A stretch of 64,000 nt of DNA from Fimbriosthenelais zetlandica (Eukaryota), in NCBI GenBank assembly GCA_977030845.1, contig OZ365113.1:17174001-17238000 (forward strand), in the 5' to 3' direction. The notes beneath the pieces were generated by a model, which searched no databases, was not told where the DNA came from, and was given only the letters and a program-made list of their open reading frames with translations. Position 1 is the stretch's first letter. Each line of letters opens with the position of its first letter. Below are positions 26,651 to 40,596 of the stretch, one piece after another. Position numbers and translations under genes: made by a program.

Positions 26651-29600
26651 CAACCACGAAGACTTTAGCAAACAAATGGCGAACTCTGGGGAAGTGAGAC
26701 AGGACAAGTGTTCCAGTATCCGTGGAAAGAAAGAGATCTACGCTCCTGGTGCAGTTCTTGCCATGCACTAGTTGGCCGTTCGTCGAGGATCCTATACTCT
26801 ACTACAGGCAAGCCAGCTTTTGTCTCAGAGGGAGAGTTTTGTACTGTGGGTGGAGAGGGAGGAGGAGTTGAAGAACTAATAGTAGAATCTGCTTCATCTC
26901 TGGCTGTGGCTGCTGGCTCCAAAGGTAGGACTGTTGTAGTGGCAAAAACGGCGACTACAATTTAAAGGGGGAAGGAAAGCCAGACAAGACAACAGCAGAA
27001 TTAGCAGGGGGAGAAAGGAGGGGGAGAAGGGAGGGGAAAGAACTGAGAGAATGGTGATCCCTGTTCACAGGGTTCAAGAAGTGAAGGCCAAAGATACCAC
27101 AAGTGGATGTAGGAACTCCCAGCTGTGTTGCAACACCCATTATGGATTAGCATTCAGAGAGGACCTGTTGTGGAAAATACTCTTCTTTTCGCTGACCAGC
27201 CAAACTTGTGCTCGCCTTTCTCTCAAGGATTATTTATAAAGACTAAGTTGATATTGTGAAAGGTCATTAGGATTTCCACTTTTTCTTTGCCTCCATTGGA
27301 TCTTCCTCCCTATTTTCTCTATGGTTCTTGACCAAGTGATTTGTGTGGGTTTCGATCAAGTCCTGTGATGAATTGTTTGGTGACATTTGACAGGAATATT
27401 GATTGTGGAAAATTGGCGGTCAGTGAAACAAGTGAGGCTTATAGATTATCTTCCTTAATAAGACGTTGAAACATACTTATTCTATTCCCATCCACAATCA
27501 TTTTCATTACCTTCATTGTCTTTTATTTTTCCCCTACTAGGTTGGGGAATTATAACAAGGCATCTAAGGCTCCATTCCACATCAGCCTTCTCACTCTCCG
27601 TCCTCATATCCCTCCCTTCTCTCCTTTCCCATTTCCCTCCACTTCCTCTTCCTCTCGCCATTGCTTCAACATAATCGCACATTGACCCAGCAACTTTGCT
27701 ACTGGAAAGAAAATATGAAGACGAAGGAGGAATGAACAGGATTATTCATCAAAGGGGAACTGAAAAGGGAGGACTTTACAAGATAAGCGAAGAAAAATGG
27801 AGGTTAAAGGTTGAAAAATGTGGTATTTGAGCAGCTGTTATCACTACTATCACATATACTGGCCCAGACCTTGATCAGAACACAGCAATACCCATGGGAG
27901 TCATGGTGCGGAGTACAGAGCCTACGTCACCATTGTAGTAGTACTTTCAACACTGAGCAAGGGAGCTGCTCTTGCTGAGCCAGTGAGCGGCTCCCTGCGT
28001 GACAATATAGCCAAGCGAAGAAGCTTGCAATCGTCCCTCCAGTGTCAAACTTAGGCCATTTTACCTCAACCAAGTCCTACCTACATGCCCTCTACATTCC
28101 ACACAGTATCACAGGAAAATGTTATCATGAATTGTCTTGCTATTAAATGACACGCTTTTCCTTGCAATGTTGGTGCTTGGTGATGATAAGGAAATGATGG
28201 CTGTAGATTGGGAGTAATGGATCTCTAGATTCTCCATCTTTCATCACTCGCCTCCCTCCTGCGACATCACCAAGCCTTACCTCCATCCATCAGCTCCTTA
28301 TATGGGAGGAAAGGACGAAGGCATGTTGTCCAATGTAAATGCAGGAGATATAGCCTGCATAACAAGTATGTGATACTTACATTGTGCTAAGGCTTCACCA
28401 TGGGAAAGCTCAGGCACACAACATGATTATATCCGTTCATTTACCTGCACGTGCAAATCTGACCAATTGCCTTGTTGGGTGAATGAATACACTACTATTT
28501 CCAAGCACAGAAAAGTGTGACTGTGCCTTGTCGACTTGTCCTACACGCTGTTTTCGGTGGTTATCTGTCGAATATGTCTTCAACCATCTGCAACTAATAA
28601 AGATCTTATTACTTCAGTTCAACCATCTTGCAACTAAAGTAACTCCTACAACTGTACCCTTTACACAAGAAGTTAGTGTAATGTAAGATATTGAAAAGTG
28701 CTGGCTAAATTTGCACAGCCTCTTCCTGTATCTTGTATACAAAGGGATCAGCCTTTGGAGTTTTGAGTTTCAAAGAGAAAGAAACGTGCCTGAAGAAATT
28801 CATATATTTTATATGAATTGATGTATAGCCATATATTACTAAGCCGAGGATTATTTTAATATCAGCAATCCAAAGCGATCGGGTGGTACACCACTAACCT
28901 TGGAATTCCACATCTACGATCTTCGATTGAACCAGGATATGGTCTCAAGGGTTTAATGTCTACACAAAAGGGTTTAATATGAAGAGGTTTAAGAGAGGCG
29001 ACCCTGGATTACGTTTGGTCTGACCCCTCTTATTCTCGTTTATTAATCCTTCCGGGATATTCCCTTTTACCCACCCGCCGAAGAAGAGTAGGGTGGTCAA
29101 CGGCATCCCTATTCTCCCCTAACGTGAGGTCCATATGGGATTCGAAACGATGGGGGAAGCACTACGAGACCTCCTCAATGAGAAGAAGAGCAAAAGGTGG
29201 GTGTTTTAATTTTGCATTCGCAGCTCATTTCTCTGTATTTCCTCTCGGCGGATTATAAAATGTATCGATGATTTAAAAAGTCTTTATGATGCGAATGCCT
29301 AAGTGTTTCCCACTTAAAACGTTATGATTCATTTCGGATATTCAATTTAATCCATGCATGAATCCGTGAATATAAAGGAACTTCATCAAAACCTCGAAGA
29401 AAACAAGGATATCCATACATTAATGGATTTCCTTCAATAGAAAAATAAAACTATGAATGATTCAATAATTAACGAATAAAAAATGATGTTAGGACTCCAT
29501 GACCGTTGGTTTTGGGACTATATAACCGTTACATTCTACCAAAACAAAGTCACCACTTGACTGTTATATGACATTATGTGGCGTGGAAAAAAGTGTAATA

Positions 29601-30639
29601 TGCTGCAGCTTGCCGACGCTGTATTCAATAACCTGCCACCTTGGGTATGCAGACTCCCTATACAGTTCCACTTGAAATCCTTCCCGTCTTGCATTATTCA
29701 ATAGTAAAGAAAACGCTACCGATAGGTAGGGCAGTCACGGTTATACATCTTCTTACCATCTCTCTAGGGACCTATGCATAAGATAGATACAATATGTCCC
29801 TCTTCTACTTACTAGTAGCCAGGGATCTCAAAGCAATGAATTGAATAGTTTCCTTGGAAACGCCGGTATTTGTCAAAAGTCTTTTCCATCGCGCAGATGT
29901 TGTATTTCTTTGGACCTCCTCGAGTATTGCAGCGTAGATGGCTGTGGCATATAAATGTAATATGTCTTTAAAAAGAATCATCAAAATGGGTAGAATAGAG
30001 GCCTCATCTGGGACGAACTTTTCTTCTGGAAGTGCCAGTTGACTATTAGAGTAAGGTCCACCTTCCTTCATTATTCAAGGACTATATCCCGTGTCTAATG
30101 AGTTCTTTTATCAGGGTTCACAGGAGCAGCTCTATTCCATGAATATTCAAGCATTGATTCGGTGTATCAAAACACCCACCTCAATGCCAGCGTGTAAATG
30201 ATGTTTTTTGTTAACACCTTTGATTCAAAGGTAGTTCCAGCAAGATTGGCCTTTTCAGAAGCTGTTATACATTTAGCCAGATATTCCCTCCAATAGCGAA
30301 TGCACTGTGACTGAAAAGAAAGGGGCGCAATATCTGTTGGGAAATTGGAAACTGAGTTAGATCTGTATTATGAAGACTTTTTGTACTGCTATGAATTATG
30401 ATGAATATTTGTGTCAGACAACAATGCGCCCTAGCGAAACAAATATCTATCTCACTTCCAATATTAGAATGATTTGCTCCACTATGCTGTAAAAAGGTAA
30501 ATAAGAGACCAGAATGCGAGTACACAAGTGTCGTCCTGCCTGGAGACCTGGATGTCATTGTGAGTGGATTCATTTAGAGCATACAGATCCTCCCATGAGG
30601 ACAGGCCACGCAGAGCCCTGGGATATCAAAACAATAAAA

Positions 30640-30735
30640 AAAAGCTTGGTCCTACAGATCAGTGTACCTAACGGTGGATTAGGCGTTTGGACTGTGGGAT
30701 ATAGAAGGTGAATGAAATGGCTCTGGCTGGAACAC
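30640..30735 (+). mobile_element. Degenerate L1-clade LINE ORF2 C-terminal fragment
   Basis: In-frame GGLGVWTVGYRR*MKWLW resembles plant L1 'GGLGIRDLxxFNxALLxKWLW' (10 aa vs about 12 aa between motifs). Internal stop. Confidence 0.45.
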
Positions 30736-30899
30736 TGTTGCCATTGAGACAGACTTGCTTTCCAATTTGAAATCCATTCTAAGTTCCTTTTACCATTCAT
30801 TCTATCTTACCATGGTGTTTTAAATGATATCTATTCCTCATGAATTGTCATAAGCCATTGATGGGCTTACCTCGCCAAAGACTGAGTGGACAAGGGGTT

Positions 30900-31055
30900 T
30901 TATACCGTCCACAGAAATGGTTCAATATGACAAACTGGCTTGTTGGACATGCCGTGACGCGTGATTCAATGAGTTCATATTCTATGGAGGACATATCGAT
31001 ATATTGACTTACCCTGGGATTATGTGATAGGCCATGTAAACCTTGACACAAGCTT
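30900..31055 (-). mobile_element. Possible degenerate Ty1/copia RT fragment
   Basis: LCQGLHGLSHNPRV resembles 'LxKALYGLKQAPRA'. ISVDGI in another frame about 100 nt downstream resembles 'LYVDDI'. Confidence 0.3.
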
Positions 31056-32108
31056 TCGATGAACTCTGGTCATGAACCTGTATAGGCCTAGACCTGCTGC
31101 CGTGCTGAAAGAGAGACATGGTCAAGATGTAAAGGATGTCAGTTTGAATCATCTAATAGGGAAGGGATAAGCCTTCTGGCTTCATTAGGTAATAACCTCA
31201 TGTAAATATATACGATGGCGACCCAGATATTTAAATATGAGCTTGTAAAAAATAACAAAGAGTGGAACAGATGTAGATTTAAACAGAAATTACCCTTCAA
31301 TCACAATTAATGACAGAAAACAAGGGACGCAATAAAATTGGCCCGATAGGAAAATAATTCTGATAAATACTTGGTTTATGTCTTTTTATGTTGCAAGAGT
31401 TAGGACAGAAAGGTGGGTTAAAGTTACTTAGACGGGTGTTAACATTCATTGCTATTCCGCTGATATTGATTAGACGGGAAGGTCAGGTTGGAGCTCTTTA
31501 GGCAGACATAGGTATATTCACACGTGGCTATGAGAAGACCTTTATTTCTCTCCTGCTAATTTCAATCCCGTTGTGTTTAGGGTTCCTAAACCTCTCGCCT
31601 GTCAGCATGCAATTCAATTCCATAACGGTTCATTAATGAATTCTTTGTCCTCGTTGAGATTGCATGTTTAAACTATGAAGGACTTTTTTCCCCAATTGCT
31701 CTGCCTATTGATTATCGTAGGTCACAATGCGCAAGCTACACGTCATTGGTTTGGTCCTTTTTCACAGCTGCATATTAAAAGATCAGGGTGGAATTATCAC
31801 ACTAAGGACAAATGGAGCGAGAAGCTATACAATCCAATGTACAAGCTTAATTGTATGATAGATAAAATCGAATTCAGTCCCACAGAAACGCTGTAAAGAA
31901 TAGTTAAGCAGTATAAATTAATCTGTGCTTAACTTTTTACTGATTTATCTTGTGAAATCTGCCTTAGAATAGACTTATTTTAATACATAAATATCTACAA
32001 GGCTTCATGCCAGCTGAAAAGCAAATCGCTCCTGACGAATTCACTTATGATTGCTACAAAATATTCCTCAGATTTCCATGCTTACCAAGGCTATTCAGGT
32101 AAGGGATG

Positions 32109-32147
32109 GAGAGAGTGATATAGAGAGAGAGAGTGGAGAGAGAGAGG
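32109..32147 (+). repeat. Interrupted (GA)n microsatellite
   Basis: GAGAGAGTGATATAGAGAGAGAGAGTGGAGAGAGAGAGG. Confidence 0.8.
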
Positions 32148-32399
32148 ATGAACCAGTTCCCCACGTTGGCTCCTGTTTATGAGGAGAGCACCAATCCCCG
32201 TTTATCAAACACTGACAGTTCTCTCACCATCCCACCTTAAAGGTCACGGCCACCTGCCAGGATGCAGTCACGTCACCAAACTGACTGCTAATTAGCTATG
32301 AGCATGATCAGAGAATAGGCGAGGGAAAATATGAGTAGTTCACACCAATACAATGTACACAGACCAGACCCACGCTGGGAAAAGAGAGGAAAGGATACT

Positions 32400-32520
32400 G
32401 AAGTGGTGAAAAAGTGTTTTCTGGCACTGAACCTATGGCTGAAAGGTATGTTAGATATTACCAGCGTCACTTGCTGGAAGGATCGCATCTTGGCAGTGAA
32501 TCCCATCTGCTCTGATAATG
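32400..32520 (+). mobile_element. Degenerate Ty1/copia RNase H fragment
   Basis: LWLKGMLDITSV...PICSDN resembles copia 'AxWLKGLLxELG...xxCDN' with near-canonical spacing. Confidence 0.5.
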
Positions 32521-34230
32521 ATAAATGGTTCTTTTTGAGCCTTCTCACTTCTCCCTTGGCTTCATTCTCGGTTGGAAACGATGACTGGATCCAACAAAAA
32601 GATTTGTTTCCAGAAGCCCCACCCAACTCGACAATTACTCAAACCTAAAACCCAATTCTTGTCAGGTTGCCATAAAACGAAAGAGACTCACTCCACTCTT
32701 ACTGAATACCTTACTCTCCATACCATACACTCTGTATTTAGACTTTGAAATCTGTTAGAACTGTGGCACAGCTGTTGAGGTTTTGGTAAAAATGCATAAC
32801 GGAAGTAGAAAGAAGAGAATAAGAAAGTAGTGGATTGGACGGCCAACAGCCTGGATTGTGTGGATTGTGACCGAGATTTTGCCGTTTTCCTGCCTTTTTC
32901 TCTTTTTACTTCTCCTTATTTTTAGTTCACCCTGTGAACGACGAATGTTATCCTTGGCAGAAGTGGGCACCTCTCCACACGCCACTGTATCAAGGGAAGG
33001 AGAAGAAAAAGAAGGGGGCGAGGGAGAGGGGTGGGGAATATGGAAGCGAGAAGCCCAAGAGAGATGTACACATGTAGTACTAACCCTTTAGATCCCCCTC
33101 CTATACATTGAAAATGATGGGAAATAAATGATTGATTTGACGATGATCAATTAACATTGGATGCAATCGTGGAACTTCCATCTAATGAGGGGCGGGCACA
33201 CTTGATTGAAAGAACAGACAAGGGGGTAATTGTGCCTCATATACAGGTAAATTGTTCACAATCCAGTTGAACTGTTTTCCATATATAATATTATGGAAAC
33301 AGTTTTTGCATCAACACAGAGATAGAACAATTACAACAGAATCATGGTTCAGCTTGAGGGCTTCAAGGTTTATTATGAAGGGATGTGGTACACACACAGA
33401 GACTGCAGGTCTGGGTTCTTTGGGCTTGCCTACTTGACCTAGTTCCCATGGGATTCCCAGGCTACGTTGATAACCTGAGGGAATCCATGTGCATCCATGT
33501 GAAACTGCAACTGCCGTGTTCACAGACGAAGGCCAGCCCTACCTAACTAATCCCAAAGGCTTTAAAAAAAATACCTATGCACCTTCCGAAACTGCTTCAA
33601 TTAATTATAAGTCTGATTGGTGTACTAGTTCGTCTCGTAATATTTAATGAGGGGAATGTTGATTAAATAGTTTCTTGCTGTCCTTTAGTTACACAATACG
33701 TCATAAGCCATTCTGATTGGTGCATTTCCCCTTACAGCCTCTTGTGAGCTAATTCTCAGCGCTAAAACATGTGGACTGATGTGGACATTGCCATCAATAT
33801 TACCCTCGTGACCTTCTAGTATATAACAAGTAATGCTCCGGAGTTCCAGTGAGTGTAACTTAACTGTAAGGGGACAAAGGCAATTTATTACTTGCTATTA
33901 CATATATTAATCCATTGCCTTCCCTGCTCTCACAAACCTGTTACAGAAATGTGCAATGGTTCTGTGGTTACGCCAAAAATATCTCCATTGAGGAAACAAA
34001 ACCGACGAAACAGGGAAGTACAGTGAGACTCAATTCCAACTGCTGCAAACTGCGTCTGGAACTTTGTCTCAGAGATGATGATATATGCATTCTTCCCCTT
34101 GACTGCGGGACAGTTTGATTTCCCCATGGGGAGGGGACGACACTCGCTTCTCCAGTTTTAAATCAAGCTAAAACCTAGTCAAAAACAGACTCCTAACACT
34201 AAGCCTGTGCTATAATTTATCTATCCCAGA

Positions 34231-34250
34231 TAAGAAATATATATTTCTTA
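34231..34250. repeat. Perfect 20-bp AT-rich palindrome
   Basis: TAAGAAATATATATTTCTTA equals its own reverse complement. Confidence 0.9.
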
Positions 34251-35763
34251 ATTTTCTTTTCATTTCCTCAGTGCTTCTTCGTCCCACGTCTCGTTAGTTA
34301 CATGACTAAGGGACCAGAATCGCAGCCAGTCTCACAAATGCGGGTCTACTCATAACTACATTCATGGCTAAAATTAAGATTTTACAGATAAAGCTGATTC
34401 CATTTCAAGAACACGTGCTACCATGGGCATGGATGTCAAACGATATAGATCGATGAAAGCAGGTTTTACTTCATAAAGCCTTGTCTGAAATATGTGGGTA
34501 CGTTAATTGACAGTGGTGCATATATATTGTGCTCTTTTACACTCTTTTCGGTATGGTCTTTCTTTCTTAAATGGTACATTTGTATGGACGACCTTAACTG
34601 GAATTCGTTGTAAATGAACATACATGTCTGGGATGTGCCTTCTAAGCACTCTGGTCTTTGAGATCGGCAGATATATATACCTTTCGAACTGAACAAAAGC
34701 TTGATAGCGGAATTGAAGGCTTGATGGCAAGTGGGTGGGTTTGGGGGTGGTAGGAAATCTGGGCTTGGATATGCTAAATCAATGCGTATTTAATGTAGGT
34801 TGGGGACAGGATACACAATTCATTTCAAACTGGGTTGGGATGGGGGCATGGACCCCCAATGCCTACCCCCTGCCTTTCTTACGCTTCTGGAAAGTCATCC
34901 GATAGCACCAATACATCATACTCAACATGTATTGTGTAGGCAGCTCCCTGTCTCTCCAAGGCACCTACAAAGCTATATTTTATTGGTTCCTCTATCCCTC
35001 CCATATCCAAATCCCTCCCATCCCACACATCCCACCCTATTCTTGCTCCCAGTTCCAGATCTGCCATGACATTATTAGGTCATGAATTTGAAGCCTTTGG
35101 GTCCATGGATCCTCTCGCCTCTATACACGTCTAGGTGTAGGCCTATATCTGGAGGGAAGCTTGTAATGCCCCGAGTCGATGGATGGTCTATATAGTAAGC
35201 TGAGGAAACATGAGAACAGTCATCACCCTGTCTGGCTAAGCATGAAGTTATATAGTATGCCTACTACTACAAACAACACATTATATAATAGGGCACAGTT
35301 TCATACCTATAACGGTTGGACGGGGAATCTGACAACTCCCCTATGAAACCACATGTATACCTCCATTATACAAAAACAAACATTTTGGGTCTCGCAGGCA
35401 TTGGAGAAAATAATTGCTTCTTTTGCCTAATATCTTTCAAAGAGCCCAATACCCATTGGTAGTTGCTGATGACTAATATAATTACACCATTAGCTTTCAT
35501 AGAATTCACTCCATTTTAATTCCTGGCGGGCCGGCCTGGAGCTATATTCTGAATTTTCCCCAGTTTGGTTATCGGGTCAATTGTGTGGCTTTTGAGTTTT
35601 CCTCAATGCATATATTGAACATTTGAAGGTGTAAAAGGGTTAGACCACATATTTAGACGCAACACACAGGCCGAACCAATGAAACATTAACAATCGACCT
35701 TTTTAACATTTACATTAACATGCCTCGTGCATCGGCAGTGGATCTATTTACAAGCCGTGACCA

Positions 35764-35820
35764 CCATTTGGCTACTTCATAAGCTGTGATAAAGGCATTG
35801 AGGTCAATCCATAAATCTTA
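35764..35820 (+). mobile_element. Degenerate Ty3/gypsy RT C-terminal fragment
   Basis: FGYFISCDKGIEVNP*I resembles plant Tat/Ogre-type 'LGFIVSxRGIEVxPxKI'. Confidence 0.45.
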
Positions 35821-38667
35821 TTTGAATTCATGACAATCGATCGAACGGGAACAATATGCAACTGTACTAGAGCAGTAGAAATAGATATTGAATGATTAAA
35901 TTGTGCATGTTTCCCTATATATATATCGGTATGTAAGACACTTGCAAAAACTGGACACTACATTAGATGGCATTGAGTGTATACTATGCACTATTTTTTT
36001 TCCATTTTAGGTGTATTTAACGTGTTTACGAATGAGTCATTTTGTGTATATCACATGAACATGTATAGTGATGAGTTGTGTATTGAGGTTTATTGTTGAA
36101 AAGTGGCCTGACAATGACATACGGGAGCAGAGGATTGGCTGCTACCTGATCGATTAGGAATGGTTGCTTTGGTAGCCGAGACACCTATAGTGACAGAATG
36201 TGTCCATTTCCACCTCTGGAAAGGATGGCGTTATTGACGCATCCTGAGACATACATTTTGGCTGATTGGATAGATTCAAATATGGTGGTCCATGTGAACA
36301 TGGTTGGTCAAGTATCCATGGTTACCATCTGAGAGAAGAATGTGTTAATCGCATTTGCTAATGAAAGATAGAAGTGGGTTTAGTACTTGGTAATGTAAGT
36401 TATATTGTAAAGGCGATGTATAGGCTAGAGATCATCTTTTGTCAGAAGCTCTGATATAAAGCTTTGTAGTGAGAAATACCTGGAGTCCATTTCAAAACAG
36501 AATTAGCCATAGACATAGCATTATAATTTTTCTTTTGAAATAGGCCCCTGACCTCTATATCACCTGTAGTACTATGACTAACGAGAATAAAAACACTTAT
36601 AAGGGACCTCACAGAGATAAATCCTTTAGGTTAAAATAAGCATGGATTCTTACAGGCAACAGGAGAATGGGGATTGAAAAATGTGAACGCTATCTCAGTG
36701 CTTTGAATCATTAAACCTGTTATTCATCAACAAGGTGCATTCAGGTAGAAGGTTCAGGTGCAACTATGTACCTGCCAAGATTCTGTCTTGAACGTTTTAT
36801 CGTCTGCCCTCTCTATATCATGTAGTGTTTCTTTTTAACCTGGCACTTAATTGACAAGCATTTCTACACCTGTATTAAGTACTGCAATAGTACAACTTGA
36901 GTCGGTACATGCAGAGCTTGAGAGAAAATTCCGTTTCGTTGGGTATATGAAAGTCAGATAAATGAATATAAAGCCACACCCTCAAGGCTAGAAAAGACAT
37001 TCACCTCTAGCATTCATAGCGAACGGGTTGAAATGTATTTGTAAATATATTATGGACGTTGAATTTTTGCTGGATTAATTGTATCCGTTTTAACCAATAG
37101 GCAGGGTCTCTCACCACACTTCTCCTGTCTTGTTTGACGAGGTGTGGGAATGGGACAGTAGCTAGTGAGAATTATTGCTCTCGTTGCATGTAAAAAGCGT
37201 GCCTGGGGTAGTTTTCAAGGGAGTCAGCTGTTTTCCTTCAAACCTACACACATGCTTAACAGGAAAGAGGATACTAAAGCTGCCAACCAACAATTCCAGG
37301 AAACGTCGAGTGGCAGAAGGCAGCCATTCAGTAAGTAGAGCAATTGTCAATGCTTTCACGTTCGACAAGGGGAAGTGGGGAGGCCTGAACGCCAGGCATA
37401 TAAACAAGTGGTGAAGCAGGATCACTGACCTTTCTCGTCATTGTTTGGTAAAAAGCGACTCTAACTACTTTCCTGCATCGCTGCAGGCCAATTTATGTTA
37501 CATGTAAGAATCCTGGTTCAAGGGACTTTCGGGTCGTGACATCCGGTTGTATCCTTGCAAGCAAAATTATCTGAACCACCCGAAAATATTGGTTATTCAT
37601 TTGTTTGAATAGGAGAAGATCAATATAGATTTCCTTATTCATTGGCAGAGGCATCCCAGGAACCAGAAAAGCGTCCTGTAACTAAACTCTCAAGAACAGC
37701 TATTTAAATAGCCATTTTTTATTTGTTCAATCGTGTAAAAGCCCCTTTCCTAGGCACTACTGACATCCGCCTTGCACCTAAACCAATATGCTGATCTTGT
37801 TGCAAGTATACCTATTACCACCTTAGCTAAATCAACGACTGGCAGTAAAAACACAAATTTTCTTATCTTTACATGTTCCCCATTGCTGTTAGGCGATAAT
37901 TGAGTTAGCTTCGATCGGCCAGGCTTGGAACAATAGCCAACTTTGCTGGGGTTGTTTTGTGTTCAACTGCCACTGCTCGTTTGCCAGTTGCCCATCAGAA
38001 TTCTCCCAGTGCTAACACATATTAGGTTGGGCTTCACCAGTCCTGCTGAACATCGGTCGATGCTATCAATCACAGCTCTGGAAACAATTTTATTACAGCT
38101 TTAATCAAACGATTAAGCAGTAAAAGTTTCAGAGGGATAGCGGAATAGAAATGCAATGATATAAAAATACAACAAACTTGTTTTCTAGAGACCAGGCATA
38201 TTTTGATAAGATCTCATATTGAATTTCTGGGTGTCTGGGCTCTATATATTATAACTGAATACTTTCCAGGATGATTCAGACTTTGGGACAAAAGCAAGTT
38301 TGGCAGGGCACCAACCTGTAATGACATGAGTTGGTTTAGCTGCTACTGTAGTCAGAGTCATTTTGTGTCTAAATGCCAAAAGCATGCCCGTTGGAGCCTA
38401 GGAGCAAATTGCAAAAATCTCCTCTGAATATAGGGGCTAGTCTCCTCAGTGTAAACTCTATTGGGCAGTAGGGACACATTAAAAAAATTTCATATTCCAT
38501 GCCTTGCAAAGATTGCCATATCCTAAGTAGATACATGTATTCTCATTGTACAGTATCCGGCTCCCTTGTAGATATCCATGATTACATGTCTTTCCCTGTG
38601 TAATATTATATCGTCAAGGAGTGAATTCATGAAATAATCACCATCCAGCCTCGTGTTACAGCCACCG

Positions 38668-38810
38668 GGTATTCCACAAGGATCTAATTATACAGTGAAA
38701 TTGTATTCACGAGCCCATCATCACGAATGGTAATTTGGAGGCCGAGGACCACAGGATCTAGCACATATCTATATTACTGACATCCCTGAGGTCAAATCTA
38801 TTTGCATAGC
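38668..38810 (+). mobile_element. Degenerate LINE (CR1/L2/Jockey-like) RT fragment
   Basis: GIPQGS, then YITDIP, then frameshifted NLFA*, in the order of 'GVPQGS...YINDLP...LFADD'. The first spacing is about three times too long. Confidence 0.35.
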
Positions 38811-40261
38811 TTTTCACTGGGAATTTGTTCAATCCAACTATGCTGGATTCTACGTAGGTCCCTATTACATTCTTCTTCATATCATTCCACTCTGTCAGTG
38901 CAACCATGATAATTTTGGATTCATTTCCATGGCCCTTGCTCTTTTTGTCTCCTTGAATTCAGTTCGATAGAAAAAGTGACATTGAATTGAGCCGCAAATC
39001 TCTCCCTGTGGTACTATACTCTCTCTTCGTGTTTTAGCACCATGACCAAATGTCAGTTTCTAAATATCAGCAAGTCCCTTGTGGAGGCTTGAACTTTAGA
39101 TCCAAACAGGGAGGTTCTTTTTAAGGATGTACTGAAGTAAGACATCAACAGGCTCCCATATGTTTTCCATTGTAAGGAATTAAGAACATACCTATTTATT
39201 TAGTCCAATATTTCATATGTTTTCCAAAGGTAAGACCACAAGAGCCACCATTAATTGGCATACTGGCATACTGAGTCACATCAGGCTTAAATTCCCAAGG
39301 AACCACCCAAGTCTAACCCAAATCCTTGACCCTGCCAAAGACCTCTTCTGGCAACTCCATTCTTTCATATGATGATCTATCCCCTATCCTCTTTTCCTTC
39401 GCCGGTCTTGAATAACCACCATCCTTCATTCCCCTGTGGGCATATTCAATATGAAAGGGTGAGAGAGGAAGAATGGAAAAAAGATGAAATAAAGTAATCC
39501 ATTGGTTCCTCCATCTTCTTCCCGTCAGAGCCACCAATGTGCCTTGGGGCGGATCCTTTGTGGAGATGACCATTGTTATTTTTGGCCTTTAGGTTGGGTA
39601 ATTGGGCCTTGATCACGAACATTATTGGTTTGCTCTTTGTGTGGGCCACTCTTTCTTTGTCGCCTGGCTTATCTTCCCTGCCAAAAGAAAGTAATTGGGG
39701 AATAATGTATCACGCATGTGGGATCAACAAACCATCCAGTAGGCACGTCTTCCACTATAGTCGAGCTATTGTGTGATTTGAAAGAGGGCATATCTATAGG
39801 TAAGGACGCCATCTTCCCCAGGTCAATATGTCCCTGCCGCACAGGCTACCCACATGCTGCTGGGCCGGGGGACGATGAGATCTGGACCAGGGTTTACAAT
39901 GTCTAATAGCATTCAATATTCCTGCATTAGAGAATTGGCATAAAATCATCCAATAATTACTAATTCAGAATACAGCTTAGGTTATGTTGTTTTTCAAGCA
40001 AATCATTTTTCCCTAAAGATAAAGCTCTTTATTATCGATCTGTGAATTTTTTACATCGAATTATTAAATCCACATGACGAAATCAAGTAAAATTACATGC
40101 TGTTGTTCCTCTCAAAAACATATCATAAGTGGCTGGATCAGGCACTCTTCCTCCTAAAACAATCCACCCATCTGTGGTGGATATCACCGAAACCATGCTA
40201 TCCACATATCTCACCCCATGCTATCTGCATAGACCGTCATGGATGGCCATCATTAGGGCCA

Positions 40262-40596
40262 ATCCTGAAGTGGGCTCTACAGCAAAAATGGCCTGAGTAT
40301 GTGGTGGCTGGAGGGGCAAGGGCAAAGCAAGCAAGCCCCCCTCAGCCTCCCCACCTCCACCCTCTTCACCGGCATCATGCCTTTGTATATACAATGGGAG
40401 AATCTCATCATCGGCCATGTCCTTTCTATTAACTCTGCAATACATGCCTATAAGGGCTGGGATCAAGGGAGGCTGGTGGATGCTCCCTCGGTGAGAGGCC
40501 ATGTTGGTGGTGTTGGTGTATACTTGGGACAAGGCCTCTTGCCCGGCCCTCCTACCATTTTGATGACACAACAACACTTTCCTGCTCACCTATGTT
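40262..40596 (+). mobile_element. Possible gypsy RNase H echoes
   Basis: ILKWALQQKWPEY (40262-40300) and HNNTFLLTYV (40567-40596) resemble 'ALKWAxTEKFxDY' and 'TDNNPLTYV', but lie much too far apart. Confidence 0.22.

Noticed and set aside
28960-29030. GFNMKRFKRGDP as LINE 'RGLRQGDP' motif
   Set aside because: Too divergent, with no supporting downstream motif.
29130-29160. GGGATTCGAAAC as antisense tRNA T-loop or SINE B-box
   Set aside because: Imperfect, and no A-box or stems nearby.
29200-29470. AT-rich stretch with an organellar feel (NUMT/NUPT)
   Set aside because: No identifiable organellar gene or RNA sequence.
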